Assembly (NCBI GenBank): GCA_034530615.2
Contig: JAVRCV020000018.1
Coordinates: forward strand, 1 to 41,757
Reading direction: 5' to 3'
DNA: 41,757 bases
DNA from: Aulosira sp. ZfuVER01
Lineage (GTDB): Bacteria > Cyanobacteriota > Cyanobacteriia > Cyanobacteriales > Nostocaceae
A program made the position numbers and the translations under genes. The stretch's first letter is position 1, and every line of letters begins with the position of its first letter. Of this stretch, positions 1 to 9,564 are shown piece after piece. Under the pieces are notes generated by a model, which ran no database searches, was not told the origin of the DNA, and saw only the letters and a list, made by a program, of their open reading frames with translations.

Positions 1-22
1 AACAATAGCTTCTCTGTGAATC

Positions 23-55
23 AAAAGCGCTCTCCCAATTGGGAGGGCGCTTTTT
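23..55. terminator. Intrinsic terminator-like hairpin, possibly bidirectional
   Basis: AAAAGCGCTCTCCC-AATT-GGGAGGGCGCTTTTT: GC-rich stem with an A-tract before and a T-tract after. Confidence 0.8.
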
Positions 56-86
56 GATTTCTCTAGTTTTCACCCGATTAGTTGAG

Positions 87-94
87 GCGATCGC
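87..94. repeat. HIP1 octamer GCGATCGC (one example; recurs throughout the window)
   Basis: Exact palindrome seen many times, e.g. also 31926-31933 and 31962-31969; hallmark of many cyanobacterial genomes. Confidence 0.95.
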
Positions 95-151
95 ATTTCG
101 TAACCAAGTATTGTTGTCACTGTTAAACTTTAGCTTGGCAATTTACAAATA

Positions 152-784
152 ATGGCAACAATTACTATTTATGGCAGCCCTGTCAGTACTTACGTTCGGA
201 CTGTGCGGTTGTTACTTGAGGAAGCAGATGCAAACTATAACCTCACTGGAATAAATATTTTGGCTGGTGAAAACACCTCAGTCCAGTATCTAAGCAAAAA
301 TCCATTTGGTAAAATCCCAACCTTAGAATTTGATGGGGAACTGCTTTATGAAACTGCCGCTATTACTGAATATCTTGATACTGTCGTAGCAAATAATAAA
401 TTTAGTCCATCTAATCCGCTCTCCAAAGCTCGAATGCGCCAGATTATGGCAATTATTGATAGCTATCTCTATAACCCTGCGATCAAAACAATTGTCATAC
501 AACGTCTAATTGTGCCAAATCAAGGTAGTAAAACTGATGAGGACGCAGTGAAAAATGCCATTACGCCTGCAAAAAAATCTTTAGAGGCGATTGAGTCCCT
601 TACCGTTGGTAGTCCGTATCTGCTGGGTAGCGAATTGAGCATTGCAGATTTCTACCTGATTCCCATCTTTAATTACCTCTCGAAAACCCCAGAGTTTTAT
701 GCCATTACCGCTCAAACTCCTAAACTCACGACTTGGTGGAATGAAGCCAATCAGCTCAAGAATGTGAAACGAGTGTGCAGGTGA
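152..784 (+). CDS. Glutathione S-transferase family protein
   Basis: NPFGKIPTL and LYETAAITEYL GST N-terminal motifs; YLLGSELSIAD C-terminal motif. Confidence 0.93.
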   Translation: MATITIYGSPVSTYVRTVRLLLEEADANYNLTGINILAGENTSVQYLSKNPFGKIPTLEFDGELLYETAAITEYLDTVVANNKFSPSNPLSKARMRQIMAIIDSYLYNPAIKTIVIQRLIVPNQGSKTDEDAVKNAITPAKKSLEAIESLTVGSPYLLGSELSIADFYLIPIFNYLSKTPEFYAITAQTPKLTTWWNEANQLKNVKRVCR

Positions 785-807
785 GCTGATGCGCACCTAG
801 ATTAAAT

Positions 808-930
808 ATTCGGCGTTGCATAATTGCGGGATGATTTTGGAATTTGCATGACAAATAATAATCACCGTGTCACCGCGTCTCCCTGTCTTTGCATCAGCCT
901 CAATCATCCCCTTATTCTGCAACGCCGAAT
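808..930. mobile_element. MITE-like element with about 29-bp imperfect terminal inverted repeats
   Basis: ATTCGGCGTTGCATAATTGCGGGATGATT ... AATCATCCCCTTATTCTGCAACGCCGAAT around a short non-coding core, between convergent genes. Confidence 0.7.
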
Positions 931-1556
931 TACTCTGTCTTCTCCCACAAACTTTGATAACCCGTGACAATCCGACTCCCATCCTTGAGAACATGAATCT
1001 CTATCTGGTCGCTAGCCCAGGTAATTTTATCTTGAAAGGCGGGATTAAAAATATGAACTCTTTGATTGCTGGACGAGACTGGGGAACTAGGAGAATGAAT
1101 AGCGAGAGACTCCACAAAAGGCCCGTCAATTAAGATATCTAGTTGTTCTAACAACTCTTGGGAACCTGGGGGAGCTGATTCAGATTGTAGTAGCTTCAGA
1201 GTAAACCCAGTAAATGACATCACATTCAAACCAGCAGCTTTGACTTTGCGTGCTAGAGATGCCAATGCTGGTGCTTGCCAAAAGGGTTCGCCACCAGAGA
1301 AAGTAACACCTGTGTTACGCGGGTTCTTGAGAATATTTTCGGCAAGGGTATCAACACTAATCAATTGATTGATCTCAAATGGCCAGGATGCAGGATTAAA
1401 ACAGCCAGGGCACTCTCTTAGACAACCTTGCACCCAGACGACAGCACGACAACCAGGCCCGTTGACTTCCGATTCATCAACATAACCCATGATGTTTAAA
1501 TGCTCAGGGGGAATTTCTATAAGTGCTAGCGATGGTTTGCTTAACTTTGTTTCCAT
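930..1556 (-). CDS. Radical SAM protein, NrdG-like (anaerobic RNR activase family)
   Basis: VNGPGCRAVVWVQGCLRECPGCFN (CxxxCxxC), GVTFSGGEP, DILIDGPF, SSNQR. Confidence 0.85.
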   Translation of the reverse strand: METKLSKPSLALIEIPPEHLNIMGYVDESEVNGPGCRAVVWVQGCLRECPGCFNPASWPFEINQLISVDTLAENILKNPRNTGVTFSGGEPFWQAPALASLARKVKAAGLNVMSFTGFTLKLLQSESAPPGSQELLEQLDILIDGPFVESLAIHSPSSPVSSSNQRVHIFNPAFQDKITWASDQIEIHVLKDGSRIVTGYQSLWEKTE

Positions 1557-1593
1557 CTCTTTGCTCCTTTGAAGCGTGACCTGTTAACCGTTA

Positions 1594-2412
1594 CTATAGG
1601 GAGACTATTGCCGGGTAATTTACTGGAATGTTGATGGCATCGTGAATTTGAGTAGCTAGTGAAGCAAGGATGTCAGTGCTGACACATTTGAGATTCTGAA
1701 AAAGGTCAGGGGGAGATTGAAGAGTATCGTTGCCTCGTGCCTCCAATTCCCGTACCAAAACGCGGGGACGGGAAGGAATATTGAGTTGGATTTCATCTGG
1801 TTTTAGACGCTGAAGGATTTGCATATAATCCTCTACCATGTCTGGTGTCCAACGAGACAAAACCATTGTTTGGATCGCTAAGTGTCCCTGATATTCCTGC
1901 CGAAATTGCTCGATTCCCTCCAATATACCTGGCAGATTAATTGTCGCTACAGGGCGGTTAATTTGCTGCAATTGATTTGACGAAATTGCATCGAGTTTAG
2001 CAGCAACTGTATCTGCTAGTTTTAAAGCACTGCGAACTTCGGGATCATGCAGCAAAGTACTGTTAGTTAAAACTACGGTTGGCAGTCTGGTAACTTTCTT
2101 CACCACCGCAAGAATTTTCTCTAAATTCAGTGCCAGGGTAGGCTCTCCACTACCACTGAGAGTAACCACATCTATCTGCTCCAAAGGCGCAATAGCCCGC
2201 AATTCATCAATAATTTGGGCTGTAGGTACAAAAACTTGGCGCACAGGTGTAACTTGTTGAATGTTTCCCAACTGGCAATAGACACAGTTAAAAGAACAGG
2301 TAGATACGGAACCAATGGGGTCGATGCCAAGCGATCGCCCAAATCGCCAAGATTTTACCGGGCCATAGACGGAAGAACACTGTGGCTTTTGTATATATAG
2401 TGTTGCGCTCAT
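1594..2412 (-). CDS. Radical SAM protein (TYW1-like Fe-S oxidoreductase of unknown function)
   Basis: YGPVKSWRFGRSLGID, CSFNCVYC, SGSGEPTL. Confidence 0.85.
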   Translation of the reverse strand: MSATLYIQKPQCSSVYGPVKSWRFGRSLGIDPIGSVSTCSFNCVYCQLGNIQQVTPVRQVFVPTAQIIDELRAIAPLEQIDVVTLSGSGEPTLALNLEKILAVVKKVTRLPTVVLTNSTLLHDPEVRSALKLADTVAAKLDAISSNQLQQINRPVATINLPGILEGIEQFRQEYQGHLAIQTMVLSRWTPDMVEDYMQILQRLKPDEIQLNIPSRPRVLVRELEARGNDTLQSPPDLFQNLKCVSTDILASLATQIHDAINIPVNYPAIVSL

Positions 2413-2554
2413 ACTTGCCCCTTCGCAGAATCAACCATACACTGGTATCAAAAATCCATCTAAAATCTGGACTCATTACAAATGTAGAGCCAGAATCTGA
2501 GGAACTTGTGAGGGCAGGAAGAGGCAGGGTGCAGGGTGCAGGGGGGACAAGAAA

Positions 2555-2640
2555 TTTTAGATTTTAGATTGAAATCCAATCCAAAAGACGCTCGCGGACT
2601 CGCTAACGCTGCGCTAACGCAAATCCAAAATCCAAAATTG
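2555..2640. repeat. STRR heptamer tract (AATCCAA/TTTTAGA) interrupted by a 34-nt GC-rich insert
   Basis: TTTTAGATTTTAGATT...AATCCAAAA-[GACGCTCGCGGACTCGCTAACGCTGCGCTAACGC, 2587-2620]-AAATCCAAAATCCAAAAT. Confidence 0.7.
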
Positions 2641-2703
2641 TTTCCAATTCTCCATGCCCAATCAAATATTTATTAGTGATTGGAGATAACACCAGAAATT
2701 GAT

Positions 2704-5700
2704 ATGGCAATTAATGCTCAACAGATCAAAATTTTAGTTGTAGACGCTCATCCAGAAAATTTGCAATTTTTATCAGATATTCTTAGATGCCAAGGTTATC
2801 AAGTGCAAACAGAAGTTTCTGGAAAGGTAGCAATAAACAAGGCGATCGCTTCTGTGCCAGATTTGATTATGCTTGACATTTCGCTGCCTGATATAGATGG
2901 ATATCAAGTTTGGCAACATCTTCAATCTTATAAAATTACACAAGATATCCCCGTAATTTTTCTAGGAAATCAAGATAAATTACTGATAGCAGATAATGTA
3001 GATTATATTTCTCAACCATTACAAATAGAAGAAATCTTATTCAGATTAGACAAGCAACTTACTCTTCAGCAACTCAAGAAAGAGTTAAAAGTACAAAATC
3101 AACAATTGCTTCGCGAGACGCAAGAGCTTCAAAGATTAACACTAGAGTTAAATAAGCAAAAACAGCATAGAGAAACGATTTTAGATGCTGTGAAAGTGGG
3201 AATTTGCTTAACAGATGAAAATGGATATTTTGTAGATGTTAATAATGAATATTGTCAAATATATGGATTTACACGTGAGGAACTAATTGGGCAACAATTT
3301 ACCTTGCATTATGCAAATTTAAATGCTAAAGAAAAATCTAATTTACTTCAGCAATATAAAAATTTCATATCTAATGGTATTCAGCCAGAGAAAAGAGAAT
3401 TTAGTATTACAAGTAAAGATGGTTCGCGCTTACCTGTAGAAATGAGCCAGGTAATTTATCAAAAAGATGATAGTAGATTTTTTGTTGTTACTACTCTCAT
3501 TGATATTACTCCTCATCAACTTATAGCATCAACTCACAAATCTCGCGAACGCTACCTATCAGCCCTTGTGCAAGTTCAACGCACTTTATCTACTTTTGAT
3601 GGCAGCAACAAATACTACACAGAAATAGTACACATTCTCGGATTAATATCCAAAGCAAGTCGTGTATATATTTGCGAAAATCAGCTTACACTAGAAGGCG
3701 ACTTGGTGGTGAATCGATGTGCAGAATGGTGTGCTAATGGAATTCCATCAAAAATACCAAACTCTGCCCACAGAAGCTTTAGTCCTGACGATTTTTTTCC
3801 ACGTTGGGTTACTTTATTATCCCAAGGCGAGATTATTTCTGAGATAGTGACGGAATGTTCAGAATTAGAAAGAGAAATTTTAGCCAATCAAGGAATTTTC
3901 TCTATTTTGATGTTACCAATCATGGTCAAAGGAGAATTTTTTGGACTAATTGGCTTTGATAACTGTGTGGAAGTCAAGAGTTGGGAAGCCTCAGAAATTT
4001 CAATTTTACAAGCAGTCACTGCTACCATTGCGATCGCTCATGAACGCAAACAAGCAGAAGATGAGCTACAAACACAGCTAATCCAACTTCAACAAGAAAT
4101 ACGTGTTAGCGAAGCTTCCCGAAAGGCTCGCCTATTTGCTCTCAAAGCCAGTGATGGTAAATATCGCCATTTAGTTGAGACATCCCAGGACACGATCTGG
4201 TCATTGGATGCAGATGGTGCAATTACCTTTGTTAACCCTGCTGTCAAACAGTTTTATGGTTACGAACCCCAAGAAATGATTGGGCGTAAGTTTACTGATT
4301 TCATCTTGTCAAATCAAGTTGTTCTGATTAAGAAATTATTCGCTCGGTTGCTGAAGGGAGAATCTGTTTTCCAGCATGAAATTACGTGTAGTGCTAAAGA
4401 TGGTAGCACTCTTTATTTAACGATCAATGCGATCGCTTTACGTAATGATAAGGGTTTGGTTGTAGGTATAACGGGTACAGCTAGTAATATTACTGAGCGC
4501 AAACGCGCCGAACAAGCATTGCAAGCAAGCGCCATCAAACTCCGTCAGCATAACTTAGTGTTAACAGAACTAGCCCGAAATCAAATCCTTTATCAAGGTG
4601 ACTTGAAAGCGGCGGTTAGTGAAATCACAGAAGTAGGCGCAAAAAATATTGAGGTGGAACGAGCCAGCGTTTGGCTGTATGAAGAAAACGGCACAATTTT
4701 AAACTGTCTCGATTTATACGAGCATAGTCAACAGCAACATAGCGAAGGTTATTCACTGATCGCAGCAGATTATCCCGCTTATTTTCAAGCTTTGCACTCA
4801 GACCAAATCATCGTTGCCCATAACGCCTGTACAGATCCCAGAACCAAAGAATTTTTAGATGCTTACTTAACTCCATTCAACATCACTTCCATACTCGATA
4901 CACCAATCAGGTTAGGAGGAAAGACTGTAGGGGTTTTATGCTTAGAGGCAGTGGCAATTACTCATAATTGGACATTAGAAGACCAAAATTTTGCTCGTTC
5001 TTTAGGTAATTTAGTATCTTTGGCGCTAGAAGCACGGGAACGCAAACGCGCAGAAACAGCACGACGCATTTCCGAAGAAAAGTTAGGCTCGGCTTTTAGA
5101 TCGTCTCCTGACCCGATTAGCCTCAGTACTTTTCCCGATATGCGCTATATCGAAGTTAACGATAGTTTCTGTACATTTTTTGGTTATTCTCGTTCGCAGG
5201 TAATCGGTCACACTAGCCAAGAATTGCAGATTTGGGTCAATCAAGAAGAATATGCTTTCCTCCCGCAAATGTTGCAACAGACAAAAGTTATCCGTAACCA
5301 TGAGATTGATATCCGCACTGCTACAGGGGAAGTTAAGACGACTTTGTTAAGTGCGGAAATGAGCGAAATTGATGGGCAAAAGTACATACTCGGTACAGCT
5401 AAAGACATTACTGAGCGCAAGCAAGCAGAAAATGAAAGCCGTTTGTTGCTGTTAACCACCCAAGCCATTACTCGCGCTATTGATGTTAACAGTGCTTTAG
5501 CACTGGTTCTGCGCTTAATTTGCCACAATATCAGCTGGGATTTTGGCGAAGCATGGCTACCTAGTGATGATGGGACTGTTTTAGAACATAGTCTTGGTTG
5601 GTACGGAGAGCAAAACAGCTTAGAAGAATTTTGGTTAGAAAGTAAAACTCTGAAATTAACTCTGGGTGAGGGTTTACCAGGACGAGTTTGGCAAAATAAG

Positions 5701-8700
5701 CAGCCAGAATGGATTGAAGATGTTTCTCATGTCGCCCAACCTGTTTTTTTGCGATCGCCACAAGCTGTGAAGGTGGGATTAAAAGCCGTCTTTGGCGTGC
5801 CAATTCTGGTTGGTAACAAAGTATTAGCTGTTTTGGTACTTTTTAAAAGCAGCTCAGTGTCAGTGGATAAGCGGTTGCTATTGCTAGTAGGTGCTGTAGC
5901 TGCTCAGTTAGGTGGGCTAATTCAGCGAAAACTGGTAGAAGCCGCCCACAGAAAGAGCGAAGAACGTTTGCAGCTAGCCTTAGAAGCTAGCGATTTAGGA
6001 TTGTGGGATTGGGATCTCACCAGTGGCAGAATCTATCGTGACTGGCGTTGGAAGAAGATGTTGGGCTATGCAGAAACAGAAATTGAAGAGAATCTGCAAG
6101 CTTTTGAGCAATTAGTACATCCAGAAGATTTACCTTTAGTTAGATCGTTATTAGAAGACCATTTCCAAGGTGCTACTCCTGTATATGAAGTAGAATTTCG
6201 GATGCGTTGTGCCTCAGGTACTTGGAAGTGGATTCAAAGTCGCGGTCAGATTTTTGAACGCGACGAACAAGGTGTACCATTGCGAATGACAGGTACTCAC
6301 AAAGACATCACTGAACGCAAAACCTTAGAACGAGAAATAGCCTTAAGAGAAGCTCGCCTCAATGCCTTTTTCTCTAGCGCTCCTGTAGGGATGGATATTT
6401 TAGATAAGCAACTGCGGTTTGTGCAAATCAATGAATTACTCGCAGAGATTCACGGAAAGCCGCAACAAGACCATATTGGCAAGACTATCTATGAGATTAT
6501 TCCCCAGATAGCTCCTTTGATTGCACCATTCTACAAACAAGTACTGTTAACTGGTCAACCAATACTGAACTTAGAAGTAAGCACTCCATCACCTAAGCAA
6601 CCAGATAGTGTACGCCATTTCCTAGTTTCTTATTTTCCCATTCCAGGTGAAGACGATCGCCCCTCTGGTGTGGGGACGGTGATGGTAGAAATTAGCGATC
6701 GCAAATATGCAGAACAAGAACTGCGCCTAGCAAACGAGCGCTTGCAATATCTGCTGACTTCTAGCCCTGTAGTGATTTATAGCAGCAAAACTTCAGGGGA
6801 TTTTGGCAATACATTTATGAGTGAGAACGTGAAGAAAATGCTTGGCTACGAAGCGCGGGAATTTCTGGAAAATTCCGATTTCTGGCTACGCCACGTTCAC
6901 CCAGAAGATGTTGAGTATATTTTAAGAAAATTTTCTCAGTTGTTTGAACAGGAGTACAATTCCTACGAATACCGCTTTTTGCACGCTGATGGAACTTATC
7001 ACTGGTTATACGAGCAGGTAAGGTTAATTCGCGATGAAGTTGGGAAGCCAATAGAGCTTGTTGGTTATTGGGCAGATGTCAATGCTCGGAAGCTGGCAGA
7101 ATTAGCTTTGCAAGAAAGTCAGCAACGGTATCAACTGTTAGCAGAGGCCTCACCAGCTTGTATATTCCACACGGATGTTCATGGCAATTTCTTATATCTA
7201 AATCAACGCTGGAGTGAGATTACCGGACTCTCCTTAGCAGAGTCTTTGAGACAAGCTTGGACAAAAGCTATACATCCAGATGACCGCTCGCAGGTTTTGA
7301 CCACTTGGAATAAAGCCAGGGCTAGTAAATCTCCGTATAAAAGCGAACATAGATTTCTCAAGGCTAATAATACGATTGTCTGGGTATTATGTCAGTCTTT
7401 GCCAGAAATTGGGGATGATGGAGAAATTAAAGGCTACATCGGCACAGTTACAGATATTACTGAGAGAAAATTAGCAGAAGAAGCCTTGCAGGAGAGCGCA
7501 GAACGAGAAAAAGCGATCGCGCTTGTAATTCAAAGGATGCGCCAAACATTAGATTTAGAGACGATATTTGCCGCCACAACCCAAGAATTACGCCAAGTTT
7601 TAGATTGCGATCGCGTCGTTGTCTATCGTTGCAATTCCGAAGGCGATGGCGAGTTTGTTTCAGAAGCGGTGGGGCCTGGTTGGATTTCCTTAATCGAAAC
7701 TCAACTAAATAACCCCAGTCTTAAGGTAGACAATGACCGTGGCATGATAACACTGTTAAATAGTGCAGATACACTACAAGATACTAATTTACAAATCAAC
7801 CAAGGCATTATCTACGAATGTATCCCAGATATTTATAAAGCTGGGTTTTCAGCTGATAGCATCAGGCTGTTAGAGCTATTTCAGGCAAAAGCTTATCTAA
7901 CTGTGCCCATCTTATGCGGCGATAAACTTTGGGGATTATTAACAAGTTATCAAAATTCTGAACCTCGACAATGGAAAACAGAAGAAATTAATATTGCAGT
8001 TCAAATTGGCAATCAATTAGGAGTTGCTTTACAACAAGCACAATTGCTAGCACAAACTCAAAGTCAATCACAAGAATTGCAAGCGGCGGTAGATGCTGCT
8101 GATGCGGCCAATCGTGCCAAAAGTGAATTTCTAGCTAACATGAGCCATGAATTGCGAACTCCACTCAACGCTATTCTCGGTTTCACCCAAATTATGAGCC
8201 GTGAAAATTCTTTATCTAGCGAACATCAACAACACCTAGCAATAATTAATCGTGCTGGTGAGCATCTGCTTAACTTAATCAATGACATTTTAGAAATGTC
8301 CAAAATTGAAGCTGGTAGAACCACCTTAAATGTCACCAGTTTTGATTTAATTCACCTCTTAAAAAGCTTAGAAGAAATGTTGCGCTTTCGTGCTGCTTCT
8401 AAAAACCTTCAATTGCTATTTGAATATACCCTTGATATTCCTCTATATATACAAACTGATGAAAGTAAACTGTTACAAGTTTTACTGAATCTTTTAGGCA
8501 ATGCTATCAAGTTTACTCAGAAAGGCAGCGTGACGTTACGGGTGAAGCTGGGGAATAAGACAGAATCTTCTCAATCTTTAGTCTTTGAAGTCCAAGATAC
8601 TGGTCTTGGTATTGCTCCCCAAGAAATTAACTTGTTGTTTGAAGCATTTGGCCAAACTGAAACCGGCAGAAAATCGCAACAGGGAACAGGACTAGGTTTA

Positions 8701-9534
8701 GCAATTAGTCGCAAATACGTACAGTTAATGGGTGGAGACATTAGCGTTAATAGTACTTTGGGTGAAGGTAGTAAATTTACCTTTGATATTCAAATCAACC
8801 CCGCCTCGGCCAATGAAATTCAGATTCAACCAAGTAAATCTTTAGTTATTGGTTTAGCGCCTCCTCAAAGAGAATATCGCATCTTAGTAGTGGACGATGC
8901 CGCAGAAAGTCGTTTAGTAGTAGTAGAATTACTGGCAGCTATTGGCTTTGCAGTCAGAGAAGCAACTAACGGTCAAGAGGCGATCGCTCAATGGCAAGAA
9001 TGGCAACCACATCTAATTTTCATGGATATGCGAATGCCTGTCATGGATGGCTATGAAGCTACAAGAGTTATCAAAGCTAGAGAATCCCAACAACCAACAT
9101 CTAATAACCGTACCATCATTATCGCTTTAACTGCTAATGCTTTTGAAGAACAAAGAGCCGCAATTATTCACGCTGGTTGTGATGACTTGATTAACAAACC
9201 ATTTCGCGAGGAAATATTATTAGAAAAAATCAGCGAATATTTAGAATTACAATATATTTATCAAGCAGAAATCAATGCTTTAGCAAAAGCAAGTCAAACA
9301 ATCCTAGAACAAATTTTAACGCCTACTGATGTACTACCTTTGTTATCTCAAATTCCACCTGAATGGTTAACTCAGCTATACCATGCTGCTGCCCAATGCA
9401 GTGACGAGATCATCCTAAATTTGCTCGATCAACTTCCTTCAGATCGTGCTGAATTGAGAAAATTTCTGACTGACTTAGCGCAGAATTTTCAATTTGAGAG
9501 AATTATGGAATTAATTGAGCAAGTAAATCTGTAA
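2704..9534 (+). CDS. Multi-sensor hybrid histidine kinase (degenerate REC, multiple PAS and GAF, HisKA, HATPase, REC)
   Basis: FLANMSHELRTPLN H-box, LLNLLGNAIKFT N-box, DTGLGI and GTGLGLAIS G-boxes, C-terminal LIFMDMRMPVMDG receiver, repeated PAS ends (DITERK); ATG at 2704 preferred over TTG at 2680. Confidence 0.95.
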   Translation: MAINAQQIKILVVDAHPENLQFLSDILRCQGYQVQTEVSGKVAINKAIASVPDLIMLDISLPDIDGYQVWQHLQSYKITQDIPVIFLGNQDKLLIADNVDYISQPLQIEEILFRLDKQLTLQQLKKELKVQNQQLLRETQELQRLTLELNKQKQHRETILDAVKVGICLTDENGYFVDVNNEYCQIYGFTREELIGQQFTLHYANLNAKEKSNLLQQYKNFISNGIQPEKREFSITSKDGSRLPVEMSQVIYQKDDSRFFVVTTLIDITPHQLIASTHKSRERYLSALVQVQRTLSTFDGSNKYYTEIVHILGLISKASRVYICENQLTLEGDLVVNRCAEWCANGIPSKIPNSAHRSFSPDDFFPRWVTLLSQGEIISEIVTECSELEREILANQGIFSILMLPIMVKGEFFGLIGFDNCVEVKSWEASEISILQAVTATIAIAHERKQAEDELQTQLIQLQQEIRVSEASRKARLFALKASDGKYRHLVETSQDTIWSLDADGAITFVNPAVKQFYGYEPQEMIGRKFTDFILSNQVVLIKKLFARLLKGESVFQHEITCSAKDGSTLYLTINAIALRNDKGLVVGITGTASNITERKRAEQALQASAIKLRQHNLVLTELARNQILYQGDLKAAVSEITEVGAKNIEVERASVWLYEENGTILNCLDLYEHSQQQHSEGYSLIAADYPAYFQALHSDQIIVAHNACTDPRTKEFLDAYLTPFNITSILDTPIRLGGKTVGVLCLEAVAITHNWTLEDQNFARSLGNLVSLALEARERKRAETARRISEEKLGSAFRSSPDPISLSTFPDMRYIEVNDSFCTFFGYSRSQVIGHTSQELQIWVNQEEYAFLPQMLQQTKVIRNHEIDIRTATGEVKTTLLSAEMSEIDGQKYILGTAKDITERKQAENESRLLLLTTQAITRAIDVNSALALVLRLICHNISWDFGEAWLPSDDGTVLEHSLGWYGEQNSLEEFWLESKTLKLTLGEGLPGRVWQNKQPEWIEDVSHVAQPVFLRSPQAVKVGLKAVFGVPILVGNKVLAVLVLFKSSSVSVDKRLLLLVGAVAAQLGGLIQRKLVEAAHRKSEERLQLALEASDLGLWDWDLTSGRIYRDWRWKKMLGYAETEIEENLQAFEQLVHPEDLPLVRSLLEDHFQGATPVYEVEFRMRCASGTWKWIQSRGQIFERDEQGVPLRMTGTHKDITERKTLEREIALREARLNAFFSSAPVGMDILDKQLRFVQINELLAEIHGKPQQDHIGKTIYEIIPQIAPLIAPFYKQVLLTGQPILNLEVSTPSPKQPDSVRHFLVSYFPIPGEDDRPSGVGTVMVEISDRKYAEQELRLANERLQYLLTSSPVVIYSSKTSGDFGNTFMSENVKKMLGYEAREFLENSDFWLRHVHPEDVEYILRKFSQLFEQEYNSYEYRFLHADGTYHWLYEQVRLIRDEVGKPIELVGYWADVNARKLAELALQESQQRYQLLAEASPACIFHTDVHGNFLYLNQRWSEITGLSLAESLRQAWTKAIHPDDRSQVLTTWNKARASKSPYKSEHRFLKANNTIVWVLCQSLPEIGDDGEIKGYIGTVTDITERKLAEEALQESAEREKAIALVIQRMRQTLDLETIFAATTQELRQVLDCDRVVVYRCNSEGDGEFVSEAVGPGWISLIETQLNNPSLKVDNDRGMITLLNSADTLQDTNLQINQGIIYECIPDIYKAGFSADSIRLLELFQAKAYLTVPILCGDKLWGLLTSYQNSEPRQWKTEEINIAVQIGNQLGVALQQAQLLAQTQSQSQELQAAVDAADAANRAKSEFLANMSHELRTPLNAILGFTQIMSRENSLSSEHQQHLAIINRAGEHLLNLINDILEMSKIEAGRTTLNVTSFDLIHLLKSLEEMLRFRAASKNLQLLFEYTLDIPLYIQTDESKLLQVLLNLLGNAIKFTQKGSVTLRVKLGNKTESSQSLVFEVQDTGLGIAPQEINLLFEAFGQTETGRKSQQGTGLGLAISRKYVQLMGGDISVNSTLGEGSKFTFDIQINPASANEIQIQPSKSLVIGLAPPQREYRILVVDDAAESRLVVVELLAAIGFAVREATNGQEAIAQWQEWQPHLIFMDMRMPVMDGYEATRVIKARESQQPTSNNRTIIIALTANAFEEQRAAIIHAGCDDLINKPFREEILLEKISEYLELQYIYQAEINALAKASQTILEQILTPTDVLPLLSQIPPEWLTQLYHAAAQCSDEIILNLLDQLPSDRAELRKFLTDLAQNFQFERIMELIEQVNL
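4106..4126 (+). repeat. 21-nt SDR-like insert in a degenerate HIP1 site inside the kinase gene
   Basis: GTG|TTAGCGAAGCTTCCCGAAAGG|CTCGC; flanks resemble GCG^ATCGC; length keeps the frame. Confidence 0.6.
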
Positions 9535-9564
9535 TATGGAGAATTACCTCATCAACATTTTGAA

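Noticed and set aside
797..1133. ORFs 797-994 and 867-1133
   Set aside because: They overlap the MITE-like element or lie antisense to the radical SAM gene, with no motifs
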